Virus record (IMG/VR): IMGVR_UViG_3300005264_000005
Location: 39,738-103,737 of that record
Length of the DNA stretch: 64,000 bases
Reading direction: 5' to 3' (one strand)
Source of the DNA: a virus
Part shown: piece after piece, positions 63,392-64,000 of the stretch
Layout of the letters: each line of letters starts with the position of its first letter
Numbering within the stretch: position 1 is the first letter of the stretch
Translations under genes and position numbers: made by a program
Notes under the pieces: generated by a model
What the model was told of the DNA's origin: nothing
The model's database searches: none
The model's input: the letters and a program-made list of their open reading frames with translations, nothing else

Positions 63392-64000
63392 AACAAACTC
63401 CTATTCAAGTTGTTTTAACACTAGCTCTTTATTATAATTACTCATTTTACTTATTTGCTTGTTAATATCACGATTTAATTCATCACGTAATATAAGAGAT
63501 GATTTTAATGTAATACGTTCATCTCTTGAATCGGAAGAGCAAGTTGGAAATACATCTTCACAGATATGACCAGTCCAAAGTATAAAACGATATAATACAA
63601 ATATAATTATACCAATACTAATTACTTGAAAGGTGTCCATTTTATCCTCCATGACCAAGTCTAATAGATTTATTAACTAAGCAAGTATTTAAGCAATTAA
63701 TTAATTTAGTTGTATTGAGAGAGTTTTCAACATAATCAATCATCCAAACCATAAAGTCATCAGCGATTTTATATGCAGTTTTAGGAGATTCTTTTTTGGT
63801 TAATTCAAGTGTGATAGTATTTTCAGTATATATAATGGTAATACTTTTATCTATCATACGTTGAGGAGCGTTTAAGTTCATTGACAATTTTATAATTGTA
63901 ATAAGCTCAGATATAGTAAAATGGTTAATTACACACCAATACTCACAATCCTTAGTGATATTGATAATAGACTTATTGCCTTTTACTGTAATGTTAAAAT

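Overview
AT-rich (roughly 35% GC by eye), densely packed window with almost all genes on the minus strand. It looks like the accessory, translation and counter-defence region of a large (jumbo-type) phage; no structural genes are present. Protein content: an Acb2/Tad1-like sponge, a complete prokaryotic ubiquitin-like operon (Ubl-E2-JAB-E1, PRTRC type), a retron-type reverse transcriptase, ATP-dependent DNA ligase, PIN-PhoH split by an intein and a group I intron holding two endonuclease ORFs, intron-split Nampt with NadM-Nudix (NAD salvage), an RlmN/Cfr-like radical SAM enzyme, Ro60/TROVE, a CCA-adding enzyme and other nucleotidyltransferases. RNA content: about 14 tRNAs, several pseudo or permuted tRNAs, and seven Y-RNA-like elements sharing one stem motif. 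The most striking locus is 14234-16005. The RT is preceded by a mini Y-RNA and an array of structured non-coding units, each opened by a GUUUCGG hairpin; two units are closed by hairpin-UUUAUACAAUUUU and variants of this motif recur after the RT. The RT is followed by a GC-rich segment packed with restriction-site palindromes. Other unexplained signals are a hairpin plus CAT-TGA-C interruption in a phosphoesterase, a leader-peptide attenuator upstream of the tRNA array, and attC-like sites. All calls come from motif reading by eye; no searches were run.
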